A DNA stretch of 64,000 nt from Takakia lepidozioides (taxonomy: Eukaryota > Plantae > Bryophyta), in the NCBI GenBank assembly GCA_030704615.1, contig CM060733.1, positions 17,670,001 through 17,734,000 on the forward strand, written 5' to 3'. A program made the position numbers and the translations under genes. Each line of letters starts with the position of its first letter. The stretch's first letter is position 1. The notes under the pieces were generated by a model. That model worked only from the letters and a program-made list of their open reading frames with translations, made no database searches and was not told the DNA's origin. Of the stretch, positions 1 to 13,691 are shown piece by piece.

Positions 1-217
1 GCAGTAATTGCACACTATCCAATACCAGCCTCTGATTAGTTACTCAATTGTGTTTCTAGGTAGAACAGAACCACTGAGATCCCCATAAAAGGTTTGACGC
101 ACTCCTCTGCAGCCCCAAGAAGACCCCACATAACCAGAGCCGAGAGCCGATTGCATCTGGTTTGACATCTTTCTAATAGGTCTCTGTTAGGGACAGAAGG
201 TTATGAGAACAGCGTAC

Positions 218-3200
218 CTGCCAGACGTTAGCCCAAATCTCACCCTGGACGTACTCCAATTCATTCAGCCATCTCACTACCTGCTCTTCATCTTTGACAG
301 TTACCTTCCTAAGTTCTGTTCCCAGACATCATTCCATCACTTCTCTAAAGTTACATCAGGTCAAGGGGTCACACCACTAGAATCACTTGCAAGTCTGGGT
401 CATACACAAGGCCAATGATGCCTCATAGAAATGAAAAAAGCAAGTCAGACTGTCAGCAACAGTATAAAGGGCTACTAAAAGCATTCAAGATATCATCTGT
501 CATATGCTAAACTCTGCAGCAGGTATTTCATGTTGGCCCCAAGGGAATTGTTTGAGTTCTCCAGTGGGAAAACGGCTGAAAATGATGTGCATTTATCTAG
601 TTGCAGACTCTACATGAGTGAGCCCTGACATGCAAAAATAAAACCAAAGTGCTAAAGCTTCCAATGACACAGTCACAATCACAGGGTATGTAGTCTTTAG
701 CCTTTAAGGCCAGTTTTAAAAGTTGCACTCCAAATGAAAAAACATTCAGCATTAAAGACAGACATCACCGTTGATTTTCTTGAGGTCACTACTTGTCCTA
801 CGAAATCCAGTACTTGTCAAGTCTCAACCGTCATTTCATCACAAAGACTGCTGATTCTTGTTGATGATTTTCAAACAGCAGGTAGGTTGCTTCTCTGTGC
901 CAGGAAAGATGTTTTCCGCATGAAAAAAGCCCTAGTGAAGAGGGGGAAGGACCTGTGAAGGTGGATGGATCCATGAAGTAGAGATTGGCACTTCCATCAC
1001 TTCCAATTATCTGATCCCCATCTGTTGTCAATCCCCACCCATCTTGCATTGGATGATTGAAGCTACCCAACTGGTGACACACATCAACAGCTGTCAAATC
1101 TCATTGGGCCCCTTTGAAGACTATCAGCAAGTCACCAGTTTGCCGGTTCTCTCATAACCTTTGTAAATTTATTGCAAGATCAGTGGTTAGCCGTAGACAG
1201 ACTCTCCTCGTAATACTTCGTCACTTCGGTCCCCAGCCCAGGTGCATTTCTTAGTCGTTAGAACATTAAATCCCCTGTACCCACTAAACATGATTACATG
1301 CAATACCTCTGTTGATGATTGAAACCCTGTATCATAGCTAGCTTCAGAACATAAAACAGGGCCAGGATGAGAGTGTACAGGTTTAAGAGTCTGTTGGTCG
1401 TATATCAAGCCTTTCTTACTCAGCCATGTCACTTGCAACAACCTGCAATTGCAAATTCACATTCCCATCAGCCCCTTTGCCTCAAGGACTCGCATAAGAA
1501 AAACCAAGAAAAACCAAGAAAAACCCTGACTAGTTTTTTGAAGTGGAGGCATTGTCTCCATGTGTACGTCCCTATTCTGGACTTTCAGAACACTATCAAA
1601 TAAACACAATGTCTGGCAATGCTGGTAGGTGACCAATTTTTGAAGACCATAGACTGCATCCTAATTTTCCTTGAATGCTGACAATGAAGAAGGACAGGAG
1701 TTCCAGCTATAAAATGAGATGACTACCGAATAGCACCACTAGCTCACTGCTTATCCACAACAAGCCCCTCTCGCTTCAAGGCTGTGCTGGGCTAGAGCCC
1801 ACAACCAGTTTCCCCGTAAAATTCATGATTTACCTTGCATATCATGTTCCTCGTACTCCTGTGCTATGCTTGAATCAGCCTGCTATTCTTCTGCCCAGAA
1901 AGCATCTTGGGCAACATTTTCAAAGCAGTTGTTTAGGGCCCAGCAGTTAAGAGCAACATTACTACCATGGAGAACCATGACGGATGGGACGACCATATAG
2001 GCTAACAACACGTACCAGGAGCCCCAGAGGGTGAGACCTTCACCGAAGAGGGAGTGATCCATACGTTGTTGTTGCAGCACCTGGCTATTACCATGCAGCA
2101 GTGTCACCCCTCCCCTTTCAGTCATGGGTCCCACAACCCTACCTGCATACTAAGTCACCGCCTCACCTTACATCTCTTCTCTGCATTAGGCTTACACAGT
2201 ATTCACTTCAAACCAATTCCTGCCTTGAATCCTTCCTACCTGTAATACTGTCAACCCAATGCAGTCCATGCTCATCTTCGATTTCATTAACAAGTGTCTC
2301 ACTGCCAAAACAAAACGTCGAGGAAGAAAGAAAGCTCAAAATTGCCAAATGAAGAAAGGGCAGCTAATGAACAGGCAACTCATGGTTCCACGGAGCTCGG
2401 AGGGAAAGGCGATCATCAGGAAAATGCACACAACGATAGGGCATTTTGGAGTAAGGAGAATCCAAAAAGAGACCTGTGTATGTTTCTCATGGCACAACTC
2501 GACTACGAACAACCAACGAGTTCCAAAAAGTTACCTTCCCGCTCTGTACATCAACTTTCCGTACGGATGACTGCCACCACCCAACAACACCAATAGCTCC
2601 ATAAGAAAAGTTGGGGGTTGCAGGGCCAGTGGGGGGGACAGGATTGCAGAGATGGAGAGAGATGCCCAGACCAGGCATTGGTGCCTTGTAATCAGGTTGA
2701 GGACTGCACAAGTGGCCTTATTCATGCCATGCAATTTCTTACTTGTGTACTAGTGCTTCAACAACTCATGCTCAAATCACTTAAGGTTGGGTAGAGTGAA
2801 CCATACCCGCCCATAGAGGCCCGTTGATTCATAGAATGTATCATTGCCATCATACAACAAGCCCTGCACACAGTTGCACTCTTCTCTGCATAAGGCATTC
2901 CACATGCTGCAAAGCTTGAGCTTTGAGTAGTTCTTTGTTTTCTGTGTTTCTCAGGTTCGTTTGTTCTGCAATTCTTTGTTGTTTCAGCTTGTGTCCCTTG
3001 GACCTGTTGGAACTCCCACTGACATGATAAATTTTCTTCTTTTTTGTTTCTCCCCGTCTCTCTCACTCCCATGGGCCTCCAGAGGTCCTAATAAATCTCT
3101 GTCCTTGTTTCTTTTCTCTCTCACACGAACTCTCACAGCTACGCCACCACAGGGCCAAATTCTGCCCTTTCATCTACAGTGCAAGTGACAGAGCAAGCAT

Positions 3201-3795
3201 GACCCCTTGTCGTAAAGAGGGGTAAAACAACTGTGGCATAGCAACGAAAGCATGTGAATGGATGGCAATGCCTCATATAGACAAGGTTCCAGATGTATCC
3301 TTGACAGATGGTGACCTTGTGGATGTACATGAGATGCACAGGACTGAGTGTAGTCTAGCTGTCATATGAGAGAGCTGGATGTCCTAGGGAGAGAGAGATT
3401 AGCCAACCATAATCAATGCTTGGAATTTACCCAAAATCTCTTCTGTCTCCCCGACAGACGCAACTGGAACCCACCTGCGTGAAAGCTGCAGGATCATGCT
3501 CATACTCGTGGACGACCTCATAGCCGTAGACCCCAATCCCATTTGCTAGCTCCAGCACCTCTTCGGCGCGATCAGCACGAGGAAGAGAAGAGAAAGACGC
3601 TGATGCCCCTCCATAAAAGAAAGTCACGAGGGTCGCAATTCCCAAAATCAAGGAAACCAGAACAAGAATTGTTATAGAATATCTGAAGATGGGCAGATGG
3701 TTGCCGAATGGACTTGGCTTGGATTCGCTCTTGCCCATGTTGCCTTCGATGCGCCGCATAGACCGACGATGCCTACTTCGCAACTCCACACCCAT
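218..3795 (-). CDS. QCT: Glutaminyl-peptide cyclotransferase (plant/bacterial-type glutaminyl cyclase), 3' part outside window. Exons 3795-3475, 2863-2807, 2570-2535, 2080-2016, 1442-1379, 1070-953, 315-218
   Basis: GT-AG exons join in frame to give [42 protein letters not shown]...[22 protein letters not shown]..[24 protein letters not shown], the family signature; N-terminal hydrophobic anchor present. Confidence 0.95.
2340..2515 (+). mobile_element. Ty3/Gypsy integrase zinc-binding (H2C2) fragment inside a QCT intron
   Basis: Translation [17 protein letters not shown]...FSW resembles the integrase His-His region; no flanking pol sequence. Confidence 0.55.
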
Positions 3796-5230
3796 ATCCC
3801 AGCAGTCGGCCTAGTACGCAGCATGTCCTCGGTACGTTGATGGAGGGTGCATGCAGCGAAGAGCCTGTCGCTCTACCATGTCAGCCTTGCCGGCCGAGCT
3901 CGTCATTTCTTTTCTCGTCGGAGATTACACGAAAGATCCTATGATCGAAACCAGCATATGAGTGTCCCCAATAGAAAGGTTTTCTTCTTAGCAAATGGCC
4001 AATGCTACTGTTCATGGGTCGGACGACGTGATTTCTTCAAGGCTTGGCGTTGTGCTCAATACCGAACACACTAAGTAAAGTATGTTTGTTTGTGAATATC
4101 CTGATTATAAGACATCCAAAGAAAAGCAGGACGGAATCGATCAACAATTGTGACGTCCCTTCTTATCACTCCTGTCACTCCTAGCTAACATACTAACACT
4201 ATGAGCAACTTGTGAGCAGCAACTTATACTGCAGTACAGCCAAGGGAAGCTCCATTCTGTGAACAATTTGCTACAGGACAAGATCACACCCAAATTCCTG
4301 CACCATCCCTAAGGCCTGAGAGACAAAACAACCACAATGGGCTGAGGTCATACCATCCCAAAATTGAAAACTGTACAAATACCCATCTGCCAGAGCCGAT
4401 TATTAGGTGGGAATCAGTATTACCAGCTGCTGCACTCCCGTTTTGTGGGCTACTCGGGAGGTGCATCTGACTGGTCCACGTGCGTGTCTTCACACTCCCT
4501 ATCTATCCGGGCCTCCAGAGTGACACAATGAGCTAATGTAGTCCGGACTCCAGCCATTTCACTGCGCAATGTATTGAATTACAAACGGCTCTACATATTA
4601 CACTTTCAGGGCTGAAGTCACTGCTCGACACACGTTTCCGCATGTGCACCTGAATGTCTACGCATCTTTCCCTAATTGAGGAACAATCTACCCTAGGGGG
4701 TGGACTCACCATTTGACCAACTATCTCATAATGCGCTTCATAGTGAGGCACAACTCCTCACCCCTTGTGTACATGCACATTACTCACTTCAATTGCGGTT
4801 GCGCATGATTTACATCTTGCTACTTTTAAGTCAGATCCATTATTAGAACCAGTTGGAGCTTTGAAGAACTCCACCTACTCCTGTTCTATATGATACAACG
4901 ATAAGGAATTTTACAGACTCTACTCCTTCCTTCATTCTTCCTCTCTGTGCAAGTCTGGTAGGTTCTTGCATTCCACTACAAACTATACTGAGGATTGATG
5001 CATTAGTAAGCTAATATCACATTATTGAGTTCCACTTTTCCATCTCAATTCGACCTTACCTAGCTGAATGGTACCAACAGCATCCTTGGTACTCCCTTCT
5101 TGGCTCTGTCAAGAGTTTCATCGGTAGAACTTGGTATGACGAGGTTGAATGTCATATTTTAATCCCATTGTACCATCCCCTGCCATTGGTAGATCTCAGG
5201 CCACCTCCCCAGTCTCTGTAGATTCAACTT

Positions 5231-7804
5231 TTAAGACGCTCTACTAGAGTCAGTTCCAGTCACAGATTCCTCTTTATCAGAATCATCCAGAAAATGGCTT
5301 GTGCCCTGGTGTTCTTTAGCACTCCACACCTCACTCGCAATATCTGCATGTGGATTGCTAGCATCATGATCCCTGACAGTGAAAGCCTCTTCATTTCCCT
5401 GTGTGCGGTTTTCCTGCACTTTGGGACCTCCATCTGCAGCAGAGAAGCATGTCGGTGACTTAGTAGACATGTGGAACTAAAGCACTCCGAAGGTAGGATA
5501 GTAACTAATAATAGGAGCTTGAGTAGAAGCCCATGGCTTGGGAACTTTCTTTCATTTGTCGAATCAAACCTGCACTGAGGATATTACACAGGCACTTCTA
5601 CACGAAACCACCCCACATGCTGAAACACATACACATCCTCACAAGAAAGGTATGATGCGACTATGTGCTCTACAATAGTGATAAAACCCCCGGTGAAATC
5701 ATGAGAACACCAGGTGACAACACACAATCACACCACAAGTATCCAAGCAACTTGTGGCAGTGATAATTATTATAGTTGCTGGCTGCCCTACAGCTCATTC
5801 TTCTTCCATCACATCTTTGACAGGCGTATGTGAATATGTTGTATACACTTTAACCGGAATTCTACCCCACCCCTCCAAGTGAAGCACATACTGCCATTAC
5901 TCCACTCCACCCATAGACACGGGGAACAGATTGTGTGCCGGAGCACAGCCTCCTCTTGCATGTTTTAGACAAAATACTTGAGTAATCTTGTGAAATTTGA
6001 TGAGAAATTTCTGATGTTGTACAATATGTAAGGTTTGTATCCCATCCTTAGCCTAATTGAGATTTGGACATTTAAATTAATTGCAAATGCTCAGGGGCAG
6101 ACCTGTGATGTCTGACTTCTGGAGGAGAGCTTCATGTGCTTCCTCTACAGCCTCCTCTGTTGATCGACCAGGTTCACGTGTACCAAATTGTAGTTTACTT
6201 GTAGCATCATCAGTGGACTCTCCCAATTCCACCGAATCTCGAAACGGTCCTTCAGCATCTCTAATGCGGGCTGCTATATCTTGCTTGGCATTGTCCAGAA
6301 ACTGTCCACGCTTCTCTGCCTGAAATTTGGAATGGAAAACAACTCAAATTGGTCATTTACTGGATTGTGGTAAAGCACAGAGTCACCAAAGTTACAAGCT
6401 ACTGTGTGTCAAATGCTTAGGGCAGGAATTATTAGTGTTAAACCACTCCACAGGGATCTCACATATGGAAAAAATTACAAAGCCTCAATGAGTTGTTCCT
6501 TATCACACCTTCCAGCCTGCACACTCTGATGCAGTATCCAATTCCCCAAAATAGACAGCTCAATGGGTGAGGTGCCCTACTCAGACACTATTCGGAATGT
6601 GTTGCCAAATTGAAAAAAGTCCCAGCAATCATTCTAAAATCTGCGGGACTTCATTTCTGAAGATACCAGAAATACTCTAGACAGTCCTCCTAGCTGTCAA
6701 CTGGAGAGATAACCATAAATACCTTCGTCGGTTTCCAAATCTAATAAAGGACTCCTTTCCATTCAGACTAGGGGGAAGAAAATAGCAATGCCAAAGAGCA
6801 TAGTGGAACGGGGGAGAAGAAAGAGAAACTAAAAAGGAAACTCAAAGTACCTCTCCATCACACTCCTTGGTAGATTATACGGGCAAACTGATCGAATGAA
6901 AGAAATTGCATAAAACAAAAGGATCCCCAAAGCCCTGAATGGGGATCACACTTTGCGTTGCGCCTACTACCAGGATCCACCTTGAAGCCCTGGCCACTGC
7001 TGCATATTCAATGCCTCATCAATCTTCAAAGACACCGCTAATAACTGACGAAGACAATATTCCTGGATTTTGGCGAGACAACTCACGATGTTGGAAACAA
7101 ATGCGCCTCCAGTACAGCCCCTTGTTATGGAGAGCTAAAAAGTTAAGTTTCTGCTTTACCTCCAGACTCTCTTGTGAGCCTTCTGCCTTGGGAATGGGCA
7201 TGCGCACGCCGTGTTCGGATGCCCGATCACCGGCTTTGGAACTGCCCATGTATCTTACTCCACCAAATTCCGAGCTTCCAGTGTTTCCAAAGATTGGCCC
7301 GCTAAATGTGCTCTTTCTTGCTAAGTAAGGAACATACAGGGCTCCCCGGTGCGCCCCAGATAATCTATGACTGTCCTCAGAGTAAAGCCCGACTTGTGAA
7401 CTGGGAGCCTTACTCCATATCCCCTCGAAAAAATGGCCCCTGGCTTTCCCGTCATGAAATTCGTCCCTTCTCCTCACACCAACGCATGACCGAAGGCCCT
7501 TTTGGCATGCTTCGCTCACGTATGGAGGCGATTCAAAGATCCCAATACCCTTCCCACCGTCTGTGTTCTGTTGAAATGGCAACACCGGCGAGCAACGCCA
7601 CTGGCCTAACAAGCTAAGATCCATACGGGCAACTGACTGAAAGGCCGGAGGACATGTGCTGTCAGCTTCAAATTCTGCCTCCCAGCACATCCTGGACGAT
7701 ATTGGCAAAATTCCCGATCCGCTGCGATGAGACGCCATCTTCTCTAGTGATAGAAGATGGCACACTACTGATTTCGTCCGCATTTCTTGCCACCCTCTTC
7801 TCAT
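5231..7804 (-). CDS. Spliced gene of unknown function. Probable exons 7804-7160, 7062-6981, 6887-6851, about 6320-6103, and a terminal exon ending at 5231; one junction phase unresolved
   Basis: 261-aa ORF followed by GT-AG-bounded open segments (EYCLRQLLAVSLKIDEALNMQQWPGLQ; AEKRGQFLDNAKQDIAARIRDAE...); no recognisable domain. Confidence 0.5.
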
Positions 7805-8749
7805 TGTCCTGTCAACCTATCCGTCACGGTGCACAGAACCAAATTCACTCGAGGAGCCCCGCCCTCGCACAACCCAATATAAGAAATCAACAACTCTCTG
7901 TCCCTCTGTCAGATTATGCAATAACAAAACTGTGTGCTTGCTTTCTACTACAAAAAAAAGTGGTCTTTCTTTCTCATTAAGCTCTTTCTTTCTCTCTCTT
8001 CCTTCCTTGTTTGGGTACCCAAGGTTAGATCTGCAGATACAATGTAGAAACAGGTGGCAACGCAAAACAAAGTGAGAGTGCACAGATGGCAGCATGCATC
8101 CACCTGCTGGGTCCGGATTGCAGCTTCCTCACCGCCATTTGCCAGTCACACCCAGCTACTGAACTTCCATTCCCATCGTGTCCAATACCATCAATGCGCT
8201 GTCTTCGTGGAATCTTCGCTACAACTTGATTCGGGTTTAGCAAGTCTACAGGAGTGTTCAGATTTGGCAGCTTCTTGCTAAGCTTAGTGGCCCTCAAACA
8301 AATTAAGTTAGTGCATCAACCATTCATATGACCATCACCTTGGAAAAGAGAGCTTTCAAAAGAGAGAGCTTTGTAATTGATTGTATTGTATTGTGATTGA
8401 TTGTATTGTTAGGCCTATAGAAACGTGAATGAAAACAGTAGCCCAAAGCAGATTTTGAGCCCTAGCTAGAGGTAGAGGTGAGTAGCCTGCTCACAGCTAC
8501 CCACCTACCTTTGGTAGCCAATGCAAACAAAAATGCGCAAATCCACCATGACATCTCCCAGGTTATATCTTTTGATGAGAGGCAACTTATGTTGACAACA
8601 AGGGAGGGCCTCCAAACTGTGTGGCAAAACATATATTGAAAATTTCTTCAGATGACATGGAAATTGCTTACCGTAAGTGCCTATGCTGTCCCATGTTAAT
8701 TAGATAAAAAATAGGTTGTCAGATAAGGCTCTCATTTTTTAATATTAAG

Positions 8750-10300
8750 GTCTTTAATGCGCATGTGGGCCCACCAGGGGGGGCCCATGGGGTCACCCCA
8801 AGAGCTGCTGGACAGCTGGAGGGTCCATCCGGGAGTCCACTCGATGGTCCAATCCGCTCGATGGTCCGCGCTGTGGGTTAGGTCTGCCGGGTCCATTCTC
8901 AAGGTCTGCCGCGCTGCGGGACGCCAGTCCGCCGGGTTCACTCTCGAAGTCCGCCGTAGAAATTTGAACACGGCTTCCACCACGATTTGAACAGAAGATA
9001 TCATAGTAACCACCCACCACTCTTTAACCATCACATTACCTATCACTTTTTGAAAGCCTTGACACTTTTAATGTTTCATCTGGCTCGAGGCTGGTCATCA
9101 GCCCCTGGTCATCAGCCCCTCCTGCCTCCCATGAGCCCTACCGGAGTGGACTCACCTGTAGCGGACCCTTGCAATGGACTCACACGGTCGGGGCGTGCTA
9201 GATTGTGAGCAACTCACGTGATCAAAAAATATTGTGAGCAGAATTATGCTCGCGTTCCTCGGAATTAGAATTTAGGGTTGGGCCTATTACCGCAGTCCGT
9301 GAACTCCTAGAAGCCCTATTGTCACGGGGCTTAACTGCTGAAAATGGGAACTTAGTATTCCTGGAGTGTGACTAAGGTTTGGCAATAAGATTGGTGAGTG
9401 GATGGATGAATGTGATATGATAAAAATCAGGATGAAAGTAGAGTGGATGAATGTAAAATGTCGATTCCAGTCCGCTTATCGCGTAAGCAAGGTAAAAGCT
9501 TGAAGAGGGAAGAAGTTGCTTTGGAGGAGGGAGGGGGCCATGCTGCTTTCCGTGTACAATGGCCAATAGGTTTCGTCTGCAACAATCTCACAAGAGGATT
9601 CTTTCTCGGTCGCACCTCTTTCTGTGATCTTCATATGTTGCATCTTGTGTTCCATCTCCAGTGAGTGAATTTGCTCGACCACATCAACGCCATCTTAATC
9701 CAGACCCACACATGTAGCCATTCAGACATACCATTGCAATGACTCTCTATCACGGGCTGCGCCAGTGATACCAACGGAGTATGGAGCACTTGTCGCTAGG
9801 CCGAGCGTATATGACCAGGGTGGGCAAAAAAATTAATAATTGGTTTTTGTGTTGAATTCCCATGTACCAACAGGGGGTTTGAATTAAGCTTGTGGCAAAT
9901 TAAAATACACTTATTTAAACTCAACATAAAATCTCCGTTGAGCTTCTTTATGCCACTTGGTTTTTTTCCACCTATTCTTCTAAAATTAAACCTCTTGTCG
10001 CGAAAGTCTTCTCTTACAGAATAAACCGCAACCACCGACAATGTAGAAGAGGTGGAGAAGTAGGTCCTGTATTACCTCGGGTAGGCTCCGCTTCCCTAAT
10101 CTGCTCACGCTCACAATCTGCTCACACGTAAGGGATTCTGCTCACGCTTAGTGTGCAAAGCGTGAGTGTGCTCACGCGGTAGCACGGTGGACCCTTGCAG
10201 CGGACCTAGGCTACAGCAAACCCAGAAACAGCGGGTTGGAAACCTTGTCATCTCCTCGACCATGCGCCATAAGTGGGCCCCGAAACATGCGCACACCTTA
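8750..10300. mobile_element. Degraded repeat-rich element, probably a non-autonomous DNA transposon
   Basis: GC-rich GGTCC/GGACC clusters at 8760-8950; GGACCCTTGCA plus GCTCAC/GTGAGC motif clusters at 9160-9260 and 10100-10210. Confidence 0.3.
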
Positions 10301-10745
10301 CATACCCCAATAAAACAACTGAGTCAAAATCTCAATACCTTGGCAGAATCGACTAGTATTAATTTGGTATTAACCTAGTACCATTTTTCTCCCTTAGATA
10401 AATTTCCATTCCAGTCATAGTTACAAGCTCGCGGTTAGTTGCTTATGTCTAACTATCCAAATATCTTTTTTGACTCATTGTCTTGCACGAGAGCTAGGGC
10501 GTCGCGGTCCCCTCAAACTCCCATAACAACCCTCGAGTTGGGCCAGCAAAGAAGGTTTCGTTCTTCTTTGTGCTTGTAGATAATCTCGAGTGAATCCAAC
10601 TTGATAGGTGTCATTTTGACTTTGTTTGGTCATTTACAAGCATGATGGGCTTCCATCCATTTGCGATGAAGTTGTCTTTACCTCCTCCTACATATACTTG
10701 AGTAGTGTCCATTTGTGTTCCACAAATAGTCCATCCATGGATAAA

Positions 10746-11200
10746 TGCACAAATGGGTGGACCAAAAACTGTGTAACATGGCAGTTTATGTAGTGACCTC
10801 TCTCCATGGTTTCACCCATAATTTTCCAACAACTCAATATTTCAGCTAAATTTATATGGTGTAGGGTTTCTAATTACAATAGATATGTACCAACTATTAG
10901 ATTGCAAAAACGATAATGTACCAAAGAACTATGGACTTTTAAAGTTGATTATTATGGACTGCAGATGTTACAACATAAAATCTTATGGATTAAAGAAACA
11001 TCATTTAGACTCATATAATAGCACAAAGAAAACATACTAGGGGTGTCATTTTTAAAACCAACCCAAATCGACTTCTATATGGACTAGTTACCTTAGGAAT
11101 TGAGATATATGGATTATTTTAAACCTAAAAAACAAGTTGATTTACTCTAGTCCATAGCATATTATGTTTTGGGTTTTTGGGGTATCATCTTTTACTTAAT
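10746..11200 (+). mobile_element. Truncated copy (left half) of the TIR element at 28398-29103
   Basis: Colinear with 28398-28765 (TGCAC..TGGACCAAAAACTGTGTAACATG...GGGGTATCATCTTTTACT). Confidence 0.75.
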
Positions 11201-11789
11201 ATTTTGTTATATACCCGTAGTTATTGAGGGAAGATAGTTTTTCTTTTCTTTTCTTTTGAAATAAATAAAAATTCCACAGGTTGTTACTACTGCGATATGT
11301 ACAATGATTATGTAGGTAGAAAATGATAGAGTGTCTTGATTCGAATTCAAAATTTGCAGCTCCATTTTAAAGAACATTATTCTTTTCAAGCCCCTTTTTC
11401 TTCACAACTCTCCCATTTTGAAATTCATGGTACCGTAGAGTATCCCAAAATTTCAGCTCCATTGGTCTCCCCTTTTTGTCGTTCAGTGTGTCATTGCCTA
11501 AAACCGTAAACTTGTCAGGGTGGAGATAATATAGAGGGGGACCCCAGGTTGAATACATATGTAGAATCAGAAGCATTTTGGTGATAAGATGTATGTAAGA
11601 CTACTGCTAGAGCCCTATGGATTGTGATCTTTTAGTATGAAGCTTTGGACCATTGAACAACTCATTAACAATTTTGGTTTGAAAACAATAGTACATTTAT
11701 ATTCTAAATTATTAACTTTGATGCCTATTGACATTTATTTCACTGCATTGTTGTTGGTTAGTTGATAGAATTCAAAACAATTCAGAACA

Positions 11790-12042
11790 TGGGTATTTTA
11801 CCCTGCGCAAAGCTTAGCAAGAGCTCAATGGTTTTAGGCAGTACGCCTAGTAAGGCTCTAAGTCTCTTATGGAGTCAATCCAGGTAATGTCCTTAGTCAA
11901 GGGTCTCAGTCATTATGCGCGGCTCCCATGCGATATGCCTTATGGCAACTAAGGGTTTTCCCTTCAATAATTCCCCAATAAAGTTTCCATCCAGGGCCAC
12001 AGTCCCTGTTCTCAAGAAAAAGAAAAAGAAAAAGAAAAAAAA
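11790..12042 (+). mobile_element. Possible SINE or non-LTR retroelement 3' end
   Basis: About 220-bp body ending in a (GAAAAA)n tail; no TSD confirmed. Confidence 0.35.
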
Positions 12043-12144
12043 CTATGATTTAATTTAATAATATGTATGTCTTTCACCCCATCCACATTCGTATTATTAT
12101 TCAAAAATAATCTTTGATGTTACCGCTTCATAGACAAATTTATT

Positions 12145-12372
12145 TATTTATTTTATTTTATGAAAGGAAACCTGGGAGCGACTGCTCACAATTCAGGCCC
12201 TTGAGGAGGGGGAAAAATTAACCCCCTTTCAGATAAGCCATTAGGCACACAGGTGGAAACGTCACCACCAGACCAGCCGGTCACGAACAATCTACACACC
12301 AGGCAGGGCAGCAGGTTAGACCACCAGGGCGACACACTGTGCACTTACCAGCTGAGCTACCAGCTGATGTGC
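12145..12372 (-). mobile_element. tRNA-derived SINE with TSD
   Basis: Minus strand starts with an A-box-like GGTAGCTCAGCTGGTAAG and ends in an (A)nT tail; AATTTATT flanks it at 12137-12144 and 12373-12380. Confidence 0.7.
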
Positions 12373-12863
12373 AATTTATTATGTTTTCGAATGCCTTCAG
12401 TTTGAAGTCATTAAATGATTTAAAAAAAAAACTCCGATTGAGTGCTAGCTTGTTTGGGAAAGTTAATAAATATTCATTGTAAACTAGAGTTTTAAGCAAT
12501 GTGATACTATACAAGATAATATTTTTGTTTCGTCAGTTGATACAGGTTCTTAAGAAATAAAAAAAATAAAAAAAATAAAATCTATTTATAACATCTTTTT
12601 GTGTAGCACTTCAACTAGTTTTTAGTTTTTCTCTAGAGAGACTTTAAAAACAAACATGTATTAGACATACTATAAATACAAATATCGACCCAAAATTTTA
12701 TTGGCAGTTAGTAGCTCAGTTAGATCGTGTCCCTTCAAAGGTTTAGAGCTCAAATCCTTCTATCTTCTTGTCCTGAAACCATATTATAAGTAGCTAATCA
12801 CATGTATGGGAACTCTAACTGATCAAGAACAAATGATAACCTTAATTCGGAACTCTAACTCAC

Positions 12864-13600
12864 GAGGTTGGGTAGCATGCACGCAGGCTCACGCCTCATG
12901 GAGCGTGCTCATGAGAGCAGAAAAGGATGTACCAGAAATCTCAAAATATTTCCAAAAGATACTTAGGTGAAACTAAAATGTGCTCACTAACTTAGATGAA
13001 ATGTGAAACTTTTTCAAAACCGTCTGCTCTTGCACAAGCCACGCAACTAGGGCTTTGGGAAATTTCTGTCACGGCTAATTACTTAAACCATGCCCATGAT
13101 CAATTATTGTATTTTCTATCATGTGATGTTCGTAGCAGTCCTTAATATGTGAGAGTAATCACAATTCATTTTGTCACACCCATGAAACTATTGGATAATA
13201 ACCAACCGCAACGATCGCATACAATTTTGTTAGCGAAATAAATCATTGTGACAAGAAACTTGATGACTGATTTGTCAACAAGAATGTCATCCAGTTTTTT
13301 TCCCATATAATCTTGGAAAATCTAGATTTTTGATGCTATGGAAACGTTACATTATTCAAATAATTATTTGATATTTATTTGTTTTGAATGGTGTTGGTAT
13401 TTGTGATTTTGTTTTCCCTACTATGTTATTCTTTTGCAATATACCAAATTTATAAATATATGGAACTTCTAACTTGTAAATATATAGTAAGAGAGCCTAT
13501 TGGCGAGTAAGAACCCTATGTCTACCGTTCAGCCGTTTTTATGTGCTCACATGAAGCTTAAGCTGTGCGCACATGTCCGCTCACGTTCTATCAATCCCCT
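12864..13600. mobile_element. Probable TIR element of a family with GAGGTTGGGTAGCATG ends (related ends at about 14474, 25495, 26980)
   Basis: Recurring terminal motif followed by GCTCAC/GTGAGC repeats; degenerate inverted end near 13545-13600. Confidence 0.4.
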
Positions 13601-13691
13601 AACCCACACGACACCAATCCCAACTGAGCAATTGCAATGGATAGGAAAAGAGATGAGTGAATCATAATGTTTGTATCCGCAAGGTATGCAC

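Noticed and set aside
4150-4275. Solo LTR (TGT...ACA)
   Set aside because: Very short, no TSD and no second copy in the window
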